Both the position numbers and the translations under genes were made by a program. 64,000 bases of DNA from Raja brachyura (taxonomy: Eukaryota). Positions 13,104-26,412 of the stretch are shown in pieces. Within the stretch, counting starts at the first letter, position 1. Each line of letters begins with the position of its first letter. The DNA is taken from positions 24,056,001-24,120,000 of the forward strand of contig OY740806.1 in the NCBI GenBank assembly GCA_963514005.1. Direction: 5' to 3'. The notes under the pieces are model-generated. The model saw only the letters and a list, made by a program, of their open reading frames with translations, did no database searches and was not told the DNA's origin.

Positions 13104-14661
13104 CAAGATAAATTAGATAAATGCAGCTGCTGTCAACGCGCATGCGCATTTTTCCACGAGGTACGTTACTCCACCCGCCCCCTGTTCTTCAAAAGGCACA
13201 GAAAGAACGCGAATGTTCTTCAGCAAAGATCCTAGAGCTGCACTCAGCTATGGGATCTTTGTTCTGCAGATCACTCACGCACTGAACAAGGTTCTCCTCA
13301 CTGTCGGCGCAGCTCGTGAACCCCTGCCGCTCCCATCCCCTGCGAGCTCATTCCAGCTGTGGGTTTCCAGAGAGTCAGAAGCCGCTTCTGTCACCGCATT
13401 TCGCAATGCACTAACTCGCCCGGCTCCCCACATCCCCCCACCCTCTCCTCTCCTCACCTCCTCTCGTCTCCTCCCTCCCTCTCTCCCCTCTCCTCTCTAC
13501 CCATCACAGGGGACGACCTCGTCTCCGGGGAGGCCCGATCGTCTATACATTTGGTCAATTATTTCTCGAGATATTTATTAAAATTTATAACCAAACTGAC
13601 ATTTAAAAAAAAATTAAGTTTGCCCAACTGCTGACGTCACAATGCCTCTGCACCTGGCCCAACTGTCTCCTGCCCCCCCACCTGCCTCCTGGCCCTCCCA
13701 GCCCCGCCCCCCCCAACCTACCAGGCTGTTGATCCCATTGTTTTTCATTGAATTTAATTTAATTATTTCTCACTTAACATCACTTATTCTTAACATTAAC
13801 TTTTAATTTCAAAGACAGTTTGGGGGGGGGGGGGGGTGGTTAGTGTGTGTGTGACGTGGCAGGCTCCTCTGCTGAATTCCATAGAGCTGCCGACAGCTTT
13901 CGTGCATGAGACACGCACGCTTCATTTCCAGAACATTCTGAATGCTTGACACNNNNNNNNNNNNNNNNNNNNNNNNNNNNNNNNNNNNNNNNNNNNNNNN
14001 NNNNNNNNNNNNNNNNNNNNNNNNNNNNNNNNNNNNNNNNNNNNNNNNNNNNNNNNNNNNNNNNNNNNNNNNNNNNNNNNNNNNNNNNNNNNNNNNNNNN
14101 NNNNNNNNNNNNNNNNNNNNNNNNNNNNNNNNNNNNNNNNNNNNNNNNNNNNNNNNNNNNNNNNNNNNNNNNNNNNNNNNNNNNNNNNNNNNNNNNNNNN
14201 NNNNNNNNNNNNNNNNNNNNNNNNNNNNNNNNNNNNNNNNNNNNNNNNNNNNNNNNCCTCTCTCCCTCTCCTCCCCTGTCCTCCCATCTCTCTCACACCT
14301 CCCCCTCCCCTCCACCCCCTCTCCCTCAGTCTCTTGCCCTGTCTCTACCCCTTTCTCTCTGTCTCTCCCCATTCTCTCTCTACCCTCACTCTCTTAACCC
14401 CCCCCCCCCTTCTCTAGACACACCTCCGAGTTGGGGGCTATGCATCAGTGGATAGGGCGTTATGGGGTAAAAGGAGCAAATTAATAATAGTAATATAATA
14501 TCAAGGGGGGTAGTTATCGTGTATGCGGGGGGGTAGTTAATGTGTTTAACTTTGCATGCCCCCCCCAGTCCCCCCCCAGTCCCCCCCCCCCCCCCCCAGC
14601 CTCCCGTCCCCTGTAACCGCACGTTGGGGGAACAGACTCAACGGGTCTGCACATGGTCTAG
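13104..14661 (+). mobile_element. Probable non-autonomous Helitron spanning the gap (5' boundary uncertain)
   Basis: 3' end cagactc-aac-gggtctg hairpin followed by cacatggtCTAG|T (14658-14661), same architecture as the 7737-8708 element. GC/CpG-rich interior with C- and CT-rich tracts. Confidence 0.5.
13953..14256. other. Assembly gap (304 N)
   Basis: Run of N, followed by CT-rich low-complexity sequence. Confidence 1.
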
Positions 14662-15560
14662 TATTGTTTAAAATAAGACATGCTCTTGGTTGATTTTAGA
14701 ACAAAGTATATTAGATAAATGTTGGGCTGAATTAATCTCATGTCAATGATCTTATGAGAGTAATTTATATAAAATTTATAAGAAGAAATTACAGAACATC
14801 AAGACTACATTGAATACTCTGATCAAAGTTCTACTAAATTTAACTTTTCACTTCAATAATTTGAACAGTCTAAAAACTTTGGTACAGCTAGTAGAGCTAT
14901 TGCCTCACAGTTCCAGTGACTGGGGTTCAATCCTGATTTCTGGTACTGTCTATGGAATTTGCATGTTCTTCATACAAATATGCTCTGGATTATCCTGCTT
15001 ATCCCATATGTTGATAGGTCAATTGGTCACTGAAAATTGCCCCCGAATGTGTGGGTGTGCAGTGGAATCTGGGGAGAGCCGATAGGAATATGAGGGGAAA
15101 TAAAATAATATTAATGTAAAAGGAAGATTGATGATTGACACCAACTGGGTCACCTGCAGTGCCTGATTCTCTACTGTATAACTCTGACTTTTTGACTGTT
15201 CATTATAAATTGGCTTTGTGTTGCACTCATTCTCAGTTAATCCTTCAAAAAGAAATCAGAGCACAAATCAAATATTACATTCTTAAAATGCAATTGAAGT
15301 GAAAAATGTTTTTATACTATCGAATTTCTGGGTTTTTGACTCCAGACATAAGTAAAAGTGTAATTCATGGTAATCAAATTATAACATGGCACTGACAATG
15401 TGCTATGTAAATTATCTCTACCCCGATAAATATTATGTGGATCACTGGTGTTAATGGGAAATTGCCTGTTTGTAGTATCTAATATTATCTGGAACTCAAT
15501 CGTTTCCATCGTAGTAAATAAGAATCTACTGTGCTCACTTGACTCAAGTGTTTTCACTCT

Positions 15561-15691
15561 TACATAGAAACATAGAAAATAGGTGCAGGAGTAGGCCATT
15601 CGGCCCTTCGAGCCAGCACCGCCATTCAATATGATCATGGCTGATCATCCAAAATCAGTACCCCGTTTCCTGCTTTCTCCCCATATCCCTT
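15561..15691 (-). mobile_element. CR1/HER1-type LINE extreme 3' end
   Basis: catagaaa tandem tail plus aggtgcaggagtaggccattcggcccttcgagcc; near-identical to 36296 and 37954. Confidence 0.75.
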
Positions 15692-16314
15692 GTTTACTAT
15701 AAACACATTTTCATTCCAATCACATTTCCACAAACTAGGGGGCAAAATACAGTTACCAATTAACCTATCAACGCAATGCAGGGAAAAGACGGAGCACCCA
15801 GAGGAAGCCCAATGGTCAAACAAAGCACATACAACTCCACGTGGACTGCACCAGAGGCCAGGATTGAACTCCGGGAATGTAACCATAAGTGGGTTGACAT
15901 TTCAAGGCATAACTAAAGATGAACTGTCAAAGCTGCTATCCTTTGGATGAGGTCTTAAACTGTGTTGTCTTACTGTTTTATTGTTTTTGATGGACCATGC
16001 ATTTCCTTGTTTAGCTGAATCATGATTTCACCACCAAAACAGGTTAATTGGTCATTTATCTCCGTGACTGCGAGTATAGTGTTTTACTTAGAATAGGCTG
16101 TACTTATGTCTCCACACAGCTCACTGATGTTTGAAAGCTATTGATTGAGTGAAATATTGAGCTAAGATGCTGAATGGATAGGAGGATTTATTAATTACTT
16201 CACCCTGTCAAAGCAGAAAGTGAGCAAGGAAAGTATAAATATCGTCTGTGGAATTATTTTTTGAAATAGGGGATAAACATTGCAATTACTTTTATTTGTC
16301 TCTTTGTAATGTTT

Positions 16315-16890
16315 GAGAATTATTTGAATATGGATGGAGGAGCTATGATCAGTAAAATTGCAAGATGATGCAAAGAATGGTGGAGTTCTTGATAGTCTTA
16401 GACTACAGGTTGATATTGATGTATTGGTGAAATGGACTGAGAAGTGGCAGACGGAGTTTAATCCCGATAAATGTGAGATGAGGCATTTTGAGAGCACGAA
16501 TGAGGCTGAAAGATACAGTATGAATAGTAAGTTCCCAGGGGATATTGAGGTGTAAGTCAAATGATCCGTGAAAGTGGCAACAGATGGATGACATAGCAAA
16601 GAAGGAATATGGTATACAGACCTTCATTAGTCAGGGCATTGAGTACAAGAGCAAGGAAGTTAGACCACATCTGGAGTATTGCATGCAGTTCTGGTCACTG
16701 CTACAAGTAAGAACTTCATTGTTCCATTGTCGGTACAGATGGCAATTAAACACTTGAACTATAGGAAAGATGTGATAGCTTTGATGAGAGGATGCAGAGG
16801 AGATTCAGTTGTGAGGAGAAACTATATATTTTTTTCCCTGAGTGGAGGAGGTTACTACTGGACATTATAGAGGTATATAAAATTATGAGA
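16315..16890 (+). mobile_element. Decayed CR1 LINE RT fragment
   Basis: Translation QDDAKNGG...LQVDIDVLVKWTEKWQTEFNPDKCEMRHF matches the CR1 RT region around and after the FADD motif; the LINE continues after the SINE to ~17530. Confidence 0.8.
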
Positions 16891-17208
16891 GGGTGGCGTA
16901 TCTGGTAGAGCTGCGCCTCACAGGACCAGATACCCGGGTTTGATTTCTACCTCGTGTACTGTCTGTGCAGAGTTTGCACTTTCTCCATGTGACTGTGTGC
17001 GTTTCCTCCGGATGCTCCGGTTTCCTCCCACATTCTAAAAATGTACAGGTTTGTAGGTTGTAGGGCCTCTGTAAATTGCCCCACAGTATGTAGGGAGTGG
17101 CAAAGTGGGATAATATAGAACTAGTGTGAAGGGGTGATTGATGATTGGCGTGGACTCGTTGGGAAAGGGTCTGTGTCTATGCTCTATCTTCAAACTAAAG
17201 TAAACTAA
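16891..17208 (+). mobile_element. HE1-type tRNA-derived SINE
   Basis: tRNA-like head (ggtagagctgcgcctcacag...cccgggtttgat), conserved body, taaac-type tail. Confidence 0.75.
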
Positions 17209-17568
17209 CCTAAGTATAAATAAAATAGATGACAGGAAACATTCCATATTAGAGGTAGATGAAATTGGAAAACATAGATTTTAGGGAAACCGTAAGTGGT
17301 AAGGGGATCTGAGGGGTTCAATATTACTCAGAGAATTGTGAGTGCTGTGAATGCACTGCTGGGGAGAGTAATGGAAGTAGAGTTGCTGATGGCATTTAAA
17401 TGTTTAGATGAGCATTTAAAATCACCTCTGCATAAAAGGCTATTGGCCAGATACTGGAAGATGGGATTAATACAGATGGGTGCCCATTGGTTGGTGTGTA
17501 CGTGTGGGCCTGTTTTCATGCTGTATGACTAATATGAATAACTACTTTATCGTTCCCTCTTCTTGCAG

Positions 17569-17628
17569 GCACAGAAACGAATAGAGATCTTAGATTTAAT
17601 CAAGAAACAGAGGGAGGAAAGAATAAAG
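17569..17628 (+). CDS. HOATZ: HOATZ (C11orf88) internal coding exon, AQKRIEILDLIKKQREERIK
   Basis: ttgcag| acceptor and |gtaaga donor; 60 nt, phase 0-0. Matches recalled human [20 protein letters not shown]; syntenic upstream of LAYN. Confidence 0.85.
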
Positions 17629-20600
17629 GTAAGAGAAATGATAGATTGATGTAGGGTCTTTTGGAATACATGAAATAGTCAATAGTCAATATTCAAAATG
17701 CAGAAGCCAGGCTGGATGTTGTTGTGGACAGCTCTAAACAAATCCTCAGTCACAATATGTTTCGCAAAAATAACATAAAACTACAACAGTAAATGCTGCA
17801 CCCCACAGCACCCGGATTCAGGGTTGAATTCTGACCTGGAATGCTCACTGTGATATTGGCACATCCTCTCTGTGATCGCATGGGCTCCAGCATCCTCCCA
17901 CATCACAAAGATATGCTGGTAGGTTAATCACTACTGCAAGTTATCCCTTAACTGACAGCAAACAAAAAAATAATAAAATAGTTAGGTATGTGTGAGAGAG
18001 AATAGATTGCATGATTACAACAAGCATGAGAAGGAATGGGATTGCTTCATTGGTAGCTAACCTGACCTGATGGGCTGAATCACCTCTTATATTGTTATGA
18101 TTATAAGAAAAATATCAGTTTAATCAGCATTATTTTTATTGACGTCTTAAAAATATATTTTTGGCCAATGTTCAGCACCCAATTACACATGTTAGTTAAA
18201 ATCATACAAATGTTAAGTCCAATGTTCCCTGCTGCACGAGACCGACAATATCCCATATTCGCATAGCCGGATAAACAATGGTGCAATCTGTTGTCATTAT
18301 ATCACCATACTGTACAGGATCACTTAGAATTAGAAGCAGCTATGATTAGGGTATACCTCAGACTTATATACCACTCCCTGCACCATTTTATCACTACTCT
18401 GCCTAGACCAATTTTCATTCTATTTCAAAATAATGTATTGCTGGATTTAAAACTCTCCTCAATTCTTCTCTTGCTCTTTATTAAAAGCAAAATAATAGTT
18501 ATGATGGATAAATGTAGCATATGTCTCACAAGTAAAAAGGATAATTTAGCAACCATATCAAGCTACTTCAGTGAAATCATGAGATTGCAGTGGGTATTTC
18601 TGGTGCAGAGCATGTTTTATTATTTTGTGAAAACAATGTATGACAGCGTTCTAGAGTGGCCTTCAAACAAGATTCTGCTTGGATTTGTGACCATAATAAT
18701 AGGTTTACATAATATGGCATATGGTACAAGTGCCTTTTCTTTTTTTTTTAAATTAGATGACAATGCTGGAGTTGATCCTGCCCATACGAGGCCTGACAAT
18801 GTCTGGTATCATCAGTTTGGTGTCAATCAGCCTTGCACACTTTTGAGAATACATTAGTGGAAGATTTTTGATTTCACACAATTGTCATGCAATTCAATAA
18901 TCCTGATAGACAGGTATACAAGTGAGCTAGAGAGACTTGAAGGTTCCATATACAATTGATGTCCATTTTTAATTGTCTTGTTTTATCGAGTATGCCTATT
19001 ATTCTCCCACTAACCAGAATGATCATGCTTGATGGCTGATTAATAATTTAGTATTATTTGTAGAGGCTCAATCTATTATGTTGCCTGTGCAGTTGATTAT
19101 TCTGACAACGTACATGAGTGATAGCCATTTAAGAGCTGTTCGATGATCGGAACATGAGCTCTATCATTTGTGGCATCTGCAAGAAAGCAAACTAAGGAAA
19201 TAAAGATCTAAATACTAATTTCTTGATATACCAGTTGGAGAGAAAGATGAAATAGAAGAGAAATAATCTTCAACATAAAAGCAATTGCATTGAAGTATGA
19301 GTTGGCTCTCAGGCATTGTCAGCACTTTATTGAACATCAAGATTTAGTGCAGTGATTCAGAATCACGGTTTTAAAAAAACCTGAGCGAAACAGTTACAGT
19401 ATTGAAAAATCAATGAATGTAATTTTCTTGAAGAAATCTTTGATTGTCATTCTTTAAAAAAAATGTAATTTTTCATTCAGCATTTACTTCATGTGTACTT
19501 TTTGCTGCTTACAGCAAAAATGAAGGCAATGTTGAAAATTAATACTATAATGTACAGGAGTATTTTAACTGCTCTTCCAATTGCGCTCATTGGCTAGGTA
19601 AAGCCCTTCTGACTGAAAATATGAGGACAAACAGCCACCACAGCTCTGTGAATACACTGTTTACAGCCACAAAGCTTGTGAATGTATGTTCATATGTTAT
19701 GTAGACCCTATAACTAAATAAGCATTATGTGATACACATAATAATGCAGCCTCAAAAGCTGTAGTAATATTGGGGTGCATAATTTATAATTTGCTCTGGT
19801 GCAAAAATATTTCATACATTTGAATTACAAGAAGCTGTGGAAATGCATAATGTACCATTTTGTTGTAAATAAAACATGATTATTTATACACACTTCTTAA
19901 ATCTGTATTAATATTTTGGGGAGAGTTTGTCCTGGCTGTGAGTAATTTTTGGGGGATTTTTACTTTGTTGGTTTTCCAGAATTCCCCTTTAGTCTCCTCA
20001 ATTTCATTCAAAATTAGTTCCAAAATAACCAAACTCGTACAATCCCATCACATTTTCTTACTTCCATTAGCTTCCTGTACCACTCTGGTCCTATTTGAAA
20101 ACCCTCATTTCAAATTTCTCATTTGAGTTCTCGCTTCCATGCAGAATGGAGCCTTTTCTCTTCCTCCACTCTTTGCTCTATCAGCTATTATACTGTATAC
20201 ATCAGCTATCTTCACATGAGCCAAATTAGCCCTTGCATCCATCTGAGTCTCCCATTCTGCCAGTTGTCCAGTACCTATTGGTCACTTTCCCTTTATCACC
20301 TTCCAACTTCTTGGAAGTTTCTCCTTGGAAACACCTTTGTAAATTTCTTTATTTAAAAAAACCCTTCAAAATAGTAAGAGCGGGCCATTTGATCTTCCAA
20401 CCCTGCTCTACTATTAATTACCCCGGCTGACCTACCTCAATTTCCTCTTTAGGCTTTATTATTCCTTACTAATTACTACTGCTGCTATTCAGTATCTGTA
20501 AAAAGGAAAATGTGGTCAATTTCAATCAGGAGTTATTTATAATCTGTGCCCTGAATTTTGTGTATGGGACGTGTCATTCCATTTCTACACCCAATGAGTC

Positions 20601-20790
20601 CATTGTCATATTGTCCCCATACCCTCGGGCTCAGGAGCACATTACCATACATTTTTATGTCTATCCAGTTAAAGACTACCTCAAAAGCATCATGTGGTCA
20701 ACTTACCACCTTTGTCTTTAATTCTGACAATTAATATTGCATTAATAATTGTGTCACAAAATGGCTTCAAATGGTGTTAAAATGTGCATA

Positions 20791-21420
20791 CAGTGGCTTG
20801 CAAATGTTTTCATACCCCTTGAACTTTTCCACATTTTGTCACGTTACAACCACAAACGTAAATGTATTTTATTGGGATTTTATGTGATAGACCAACACAA
20901 AGTGGAGTATAATTGTGAAGTGGAAGGAAAATGATATATGGTTTTCCAATTTTTTTACAAATAACAATTTGAAAAGTGTGGTGTGCAAAAGTATTCAGTA
21001 TTACGCTGATACCCCTAAATAAAATCCAGTGCAACCAATTGCCTTCAGAAGTCACCTAATTAGTAAATAGAGTCCACTTGTGTGTAATCTAATCTCAGTA
21101 TAAATACAGCTGTTCTGTGAAGGCATTAGAGGTTTGTTAGAGAACATTAGTGAACAAACAGCATCACAAAGCCCAAGGAACACACCAGACAGGTCAGGGA
21201 TTAAGTTGTGGAGAAGTTTAAAGCAGGGTTAGGTTATGAAAAAATATCCCAGGCTTTGAACATCTCACGGAGCACTGTTCAATCCATCATCTGAAAAATG
21301 GAAAGAGTATGGCACAACTGCAAACCTAAACTGACAGGCCGGGCTGTTGATCAGAGAAGCAGCTAAGAGGCCCATGGTAACTCTGGAGGAGCTGCAGAGA
21401 TCCACAGCTGCAAGCCACTG
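20791..21420 (+). mobile_element. Internally deleted Tc1/mariner transposon
   Basis: TA|cagtggcttgca ... tgcaagccactg|TA. Disrupted transposase N-terminus KPKEHTRQVRD*VVEKFKAGLGYEKISQALNISRSTVQSII (paired-like HTH). Confidence 0.9.
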
Positions 21421-21469
21421 TATATGTCATTCTAGGAATGTTTACAAAAATGGTAAAAGAGGCTTACAA

Positions 21470-21937
21470 AAAAGAGGTTTACAAAAATAATTCCAGGAAT
21501 GAGTGGGTTAACATATAATGAGCGTTTGACAGCACTGGGCCTCTACTCGCTGGAGTTTAGAAGGATGAAGGGGGCACCTCATTGAAACTTACCGATTAGT
21601 GAAAGGAGTGGATGTAGAGAGGATGTTTCTACTAATTGAAGAATCTCGGACCAGAGGTCGTAGCCTCAGAATAAATGGATGTTCCTTTAGGAAGGAGATG
21701 AGGAGGAATTTCTTTAGTCAGCGGGTGGTGAATCTGTGGAATTCATTGCATCAGAAGGCTGTGGAGACAGTCAATGAGTTTTTAATGCAGAGATAAATAG
21801 ATTCCTGATTAGTACGGGTGTCACGGGTTATGGGGAGAAGGCAGGAGAATGGGGTTAAGATCAGCCAGAATGGCTGAGTAGACTTGATGGGCCAAATGGC
21901 CTAATTCTGCTCCTATCACTTATCAACTTATGAACCT
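21470..21937 (+). mobile_element. CR1 LINE 3' fragment
   Basis: Translation ESRTRGRSLRINGCSFRKEMRRNFFSQRVVNLWNSL is the CR1 ORF2 C-terminus; followed by the 3' UTR. Confidence 0.85.
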
Positions 21938-22098
21938 ATGTAACGCTGGTTGCTCAATACAAGAAGGCAGGGCTATAATGAAATTTGCCTTCACTTAATG
22001 ATCCCCACCCATTATTCTGATGAAGCATCAGATTATTGGTCTTTCTGCAGAGGGTTGGACACGAGTGGCTCAAAACATTTAATCATTTTCTTTTCCAG

Positions 22099-22151
22099 AA
22101 AGAACTAGTGGCTCTTCCATACAAACCAAAGAAAATCATGCAATCGCAACC
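22099..22151 (+). CDS. HOATZ: HOATZ coding exon, KELVALPYKPKKIMQSQ(P)
   Basis: ttttccag| acceptor and |gtaagt donor; 53 nt, phase 0-2. Matches recalled human KELISLPYKPK. Confidence 0.88.
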
Positions 22152-24459
22152 GTAAGTGTATATTGATGTTACAATAAATAAACATTTAATTGATTTAATT
22201 CCATTGTGCTGTCACTGGTATTGACAAATTAGATATTTATTCAGTTCATTTTACATCCCATTTCATTTGAGAAGAAAGAAGACAGTAGTTGGAAGTTCAT
22301 CCTCGAATGCTTGTACATGCATGTAATGTAGCAGTGTTTCCACATTGTTCTGCGCTGAAATTCAGTTCTGTTGATTACAGTGGAAGTGCAGTTCAAGAGT
22401 ACCACACCGTTACCACAATATTATGCATTCTGTGCTAAAAAATGAGGATGTATTTCTTCCCCAGAATGTTTCTTTACCATCTCAAATCGCAAAATATTTT
22501 CCTATCAGTTGATAATGGTCATCATATGGAAACGTATGTTTGCTGAACCATTGTGCTATAATCTCACTGAACTTAAAAAAAAAAGTAATCATCCAATTCC
22601 CACCTGATTTCATCTTCACATAATCCATCTCTGACTCTTCTTTTCCTTTCCATGACTTTCAATCACCAGCTACAGTGTCCATCCACCTATTAAAGGTACT
22701 GCAAGATCGCATCCACGCTGAGTTACTAATTATTCTTCTCCACCTTCTCCACCAATTTGCTATCCTCTTTCTATGGCAGCTTATCGTGCAACCATTGGAG
22801 ATGCAACACATTTTCCCTCCTTCTCTTCCTTTCCCACTGTCCACAGGCTCAAATATGTTTTACAAGTAGGGCAGCAGTTTATAGATATTCTCTGTGCTGT
22901 ATGCACTTATTTCTACGTCAGTCCATATTTCTGAATCTGTGTCAGTGTGAACAGATCACCATCTCAGTGTTAATGTGCATCGTCCTCTGTGCTTATTGCT
23001 CTCCTTGCCTGCACCTCTCCATCTGATTTTCCGTTACTCTACCCATCTGAAGATTTTCACTGCTATGATGCTTCATTCTGACAATTGGTTTTAATCTGCC
23101 AAATCACAACATGCATAAACTGTTAATATCAGGTTGCCAGCCAGTCCTCTGCAACTGCTTTCACTTGTTTACACGATATTGTGAGATCAGGCAGCCTTTT
23201 TATGGGGTACCCAGAAAAATGGGTGAGTTGAATTCAAGGCCTTCCATTTGAATGGGAAATGATGATTGCCTAATCCTTTGCCAATCTCTCTGTTTTTGGA
23301 GCCTGCGAAGAATGGCTAATTAGATTTTTTTTAAATATTTCCATTTTCCTTTTCAGAGGAATGTACTCATAAGGAGAATGTCAGAATTGCTTTATAAACC
23401 TGCAGTTACTAATGTTTCAGAGAATAGCTTTGCACATTCCATTAATTTAATTAGTATGCCAAATAAACTCAGTTCAATAATTCCCTAAGAATGAGTCTCA
23501 GGTGAACATTAGTATTTGCACCAGGTCCCATTGAAAGAGCAGCTTTGGGATTCTCAACTCTCCCATGAGCATTATATATCTTCAATCAGATGCAGGAACG
23601 GCAGACTCGACTAAGCAGACCAAATATCTAATAGCATTAGCTTTTTAAAAGGCCCCAGTGGGTAAATGTAGCAGTGTGTGCTATGAAATGACTCAAAACA
23701 CAATTCCTCCTTTTGTTTCCTTGCCCAGTGCTTATTTCAATTGACGTATCATGAGGAACACCATGCCTAGCCTCGACCTCAGCACTGAACAGAGAATAAA
23801 CCAGATGAGGTTATTGATTTTTCTTGAATGACCCATGATGAAAAATTAATGTGTATACATCAGACCATAAACAATTCAGAACACATCCATCATAAGTTCC
23901 ATGGGTAGTCCAGGCACCTCATGTCAAGTAAATTCATATAAAGCAACTAGCTAGATACAAAACATATAAATATGAATATCATCTTACCTTTCACTAACTC
24001 TGCACCGGCCTGGCTTGGCCATGGATCAGAAACCACATTGAATCGACAGTGTGATTGATATACCTAGGGTAGCGGTGAGCTTTTTTCAGTAGTGACAGTT
24101 TTACACTGATTAAAATCATGATTGTCTGTGGTTAGATTTTTCTATAGATTTGCTATGGATTCTCTCTGCAGCCTTCACCAGAGATATAAATTGTAACAAT
24201 TTTTGTTTCGTTTCACCGTCTTTCCTGAAAGGTGTGGATCAATCACCTCACGGTTGTTATTACATCTCAAGTATCCTAACCAGGAAGGAGTTATAATTAA
24301 ACATGGTTGCCCGGACAAGCTATTTTAATTAGTAAACTAATCTACCCACCTCCATTCCCAATGTAGGAGAAAAATTCAAATTCCCTCCCTTAATTGGGAA
24401 TGGTCAATTGTTGGATGAATTGTTAGTCGAATAGCATGAGATTCTGCGCCTTAGAATTG

Positions 24460-24728
24460 TTTAGAGATACAGCATGGAAACAGGCCGTTGAGCCCACCGA
24501 GTCCGTGCTGATCAACGATCACCCGTGCACTAGTTCTATGTTATTCCTGGGGCAATTTACAGAAGCCAATTAACCAATCTTTGAAATGTGGGAGGAAACC
24601 CAAGCACCTGGAGAAAACCCACGCACTCACAGGGAGAACATACCAACTCTGTACAGACAGCACCCGAGGTCAGGATCGAACACGAGTCTCTGGCGTTGTA
24701 AGGCAGCAACTTTACCATGCGCCACCCA
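24460..24728 (-). mobile_element. HE1-type SINE
   Basis: Reverse complement of the tRNA-like head and body seen at 16891 and 50387. Confidence 0.75.
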
Positions 24729-25394
24729 TCTTGTAGAGGGAGATAGACAATAATGCTGGAGAAACTCAGCGGGTGAGGCAGCATCTATGGAGCGAAGGAA
24801 ATAGGTAACATTTCGGGCCGAAACCCTTCTAGAGGGGGCTGTTGTTTTCCAGGCCTTATAGCCATCTTCAAAAATGTGTGTCAATTTTTCTATAATATAT
24901 TGTTAGGGAAATGTATGGTTTAGAACTGTGTAACATAATATTGCACACTCTCACAGTAAAGGTGATTGATAAGGGGCAGGCAGTCTCTGCTTTCCACAAG
25001 GATTTTAGTCAGGCATTTGATGAAGTCACTCATGCTAAGGATCTATATGTTTATGATGCATGAGATCTATGGTGACTTGCATTCAGAACTGACTTACTCA
25101 TAGAAAACAGAGTGTTGTGGTGCAAGTGTGTTATTCTGGCTGGTGGTCTGTTGCCAGTGGAGTTCTGCAGGGACCTCTAATGGGGCCTGTGTTATATTGT
25201 GATATATAGTATATAAGCAACGTGAACGTAAATATAGAGAGGCTGGTTAGTAGGTTTGCACAAAACAAAATTGGTGTAGTTGCCGAGTGGAAAAAGTTGT
25301 CTATGTATACAGCAGGATATATATAAGCTACAGAAGCAGGAGAGAAACGGTGGATGAAGTTTAATCTGAGCAAGTGTGCAGTGTTGCACTTGGA

Positions 25395-25617
25395 GGCCTG
25401 TCCCACTTGGGCATCATTTGCGCGTCACGCAATGTGGTGTGCGAAGATTTTGTGAATCCCCAAATCCTAGGGCGCCGCGCGTCACTGCTTACGTCACCAC
25501 GCACCATGCTCGCATTATGCACGCCATGCCCGCATCACGTGTGCGTCATGCGTCGTGACGCGTAATTGATGTCCCGTAAATGATGTTGCGTAAATGACGC
25601 ACAAGTGTGACAGGCCC
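25395..25617. mobile_element. PIF/Harbinger-like MITE
   Basis: TIRs ggcctgtcccacttg and caagtgtgacaggcc(c); right flank TTA; CpG-rich semi-palindromic interior; inserted into the CR1. Confidence 0.7.
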
Positions 25618-26085
25618 TTAAGAGGCAAGATATAGAAAATGGCCGGACCCTTAACAGCATTGATCAACAGAGGGATCTTGATGTCTTAGTCCGTATCTGC
25701 CTGTAAGTGGCAACACAAGTAGATAGGGTGGTAAAGTAGGTGTATGGTATGCTTGCCTTCATCGGTCGGGGCATTGAGTATAAGAGTCAGGAAGTCATGT
25801 GCAGTTTTGCAAAACTTTGTTAGGCCACGTTTGGAGTATTGTTCTGATCATCCCATTGCAAGAAGGATGCGAAAGCTTTGGAGAGCGTACAGAAGAGGTT
25901 TACCAGAATGCTGCCTGGATTGAAAGACATTCGCTATAAGGAGAGGTTGGTGAAACATGCATTGTTTTCTTTGGAGTGGTGGAGGGGCGAACTAATAAAT
26001 GTTTATCAAATTATGAGACATAGATAGGATTGATGGTACCTTTTTCACAGCATGAAAGTGTCAAAGGCGGCCGGGCTTTAAGCTT

Positions 26086-26412
26086 GGCGGCACAGTGGCA
26101 CAGCTGGTAGAGCTCTTGCCTCACAGCTCCACACACTTCGGTTCAATCTTTACCTTGAGTGCTGCCAGTGGGGATTTTGACCTTCTCTCTGTGACTGGAT
26201 GGGTTTCCTCCAGGTGCTCTGCTTTCATCCCACATCCGAAGGACTTACGGGTTTGGAGGTTAATTGGTCTCTGTAAATTGCCTCATGGAGAAAGTAGATA
26301 CGAAAGTGGGATAACAGACCTGGTATGAACAAGTGATCAACGATCAGCGTGGACTCAGTGGACAAAAAGGGCTTGTTTCCATGCAATATCTCTTAAACGA
26401 AAATCTAAACTA
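26086..26412 (+). mobile_element. HE1-type SINE
   Basis: ggcggcacagtggcacagctggtagagctcttgcctcacag head; taaac tail. Confidence 0.75.

Noticed and set aside
13213-13581. 122-aa ORF in the GC-rich block as possible HOATZ exon 1
   Set aside because: None of the frames I read matches HOATZ; the ORF runs into low-complexity sequence inside a probable Helitron.
13809-14455. Long ORFs across the N run
   Set aside because: Artefacts of translating the gap.
1-17568. miR-34b/miR-34c hairpins expected from synteny (ggcagtgt seeds at ~1903 and ~39778; gcagtgtattg on the minus strand at ~9550)
   Set aside because: Only seed-length matches; no mature-sequence match or complementary hairpin arm.
18291-18857. 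188-aa ORF
   Set aside because: Non-ATG start, AT-rich intronic composition and no recognisable motifs.
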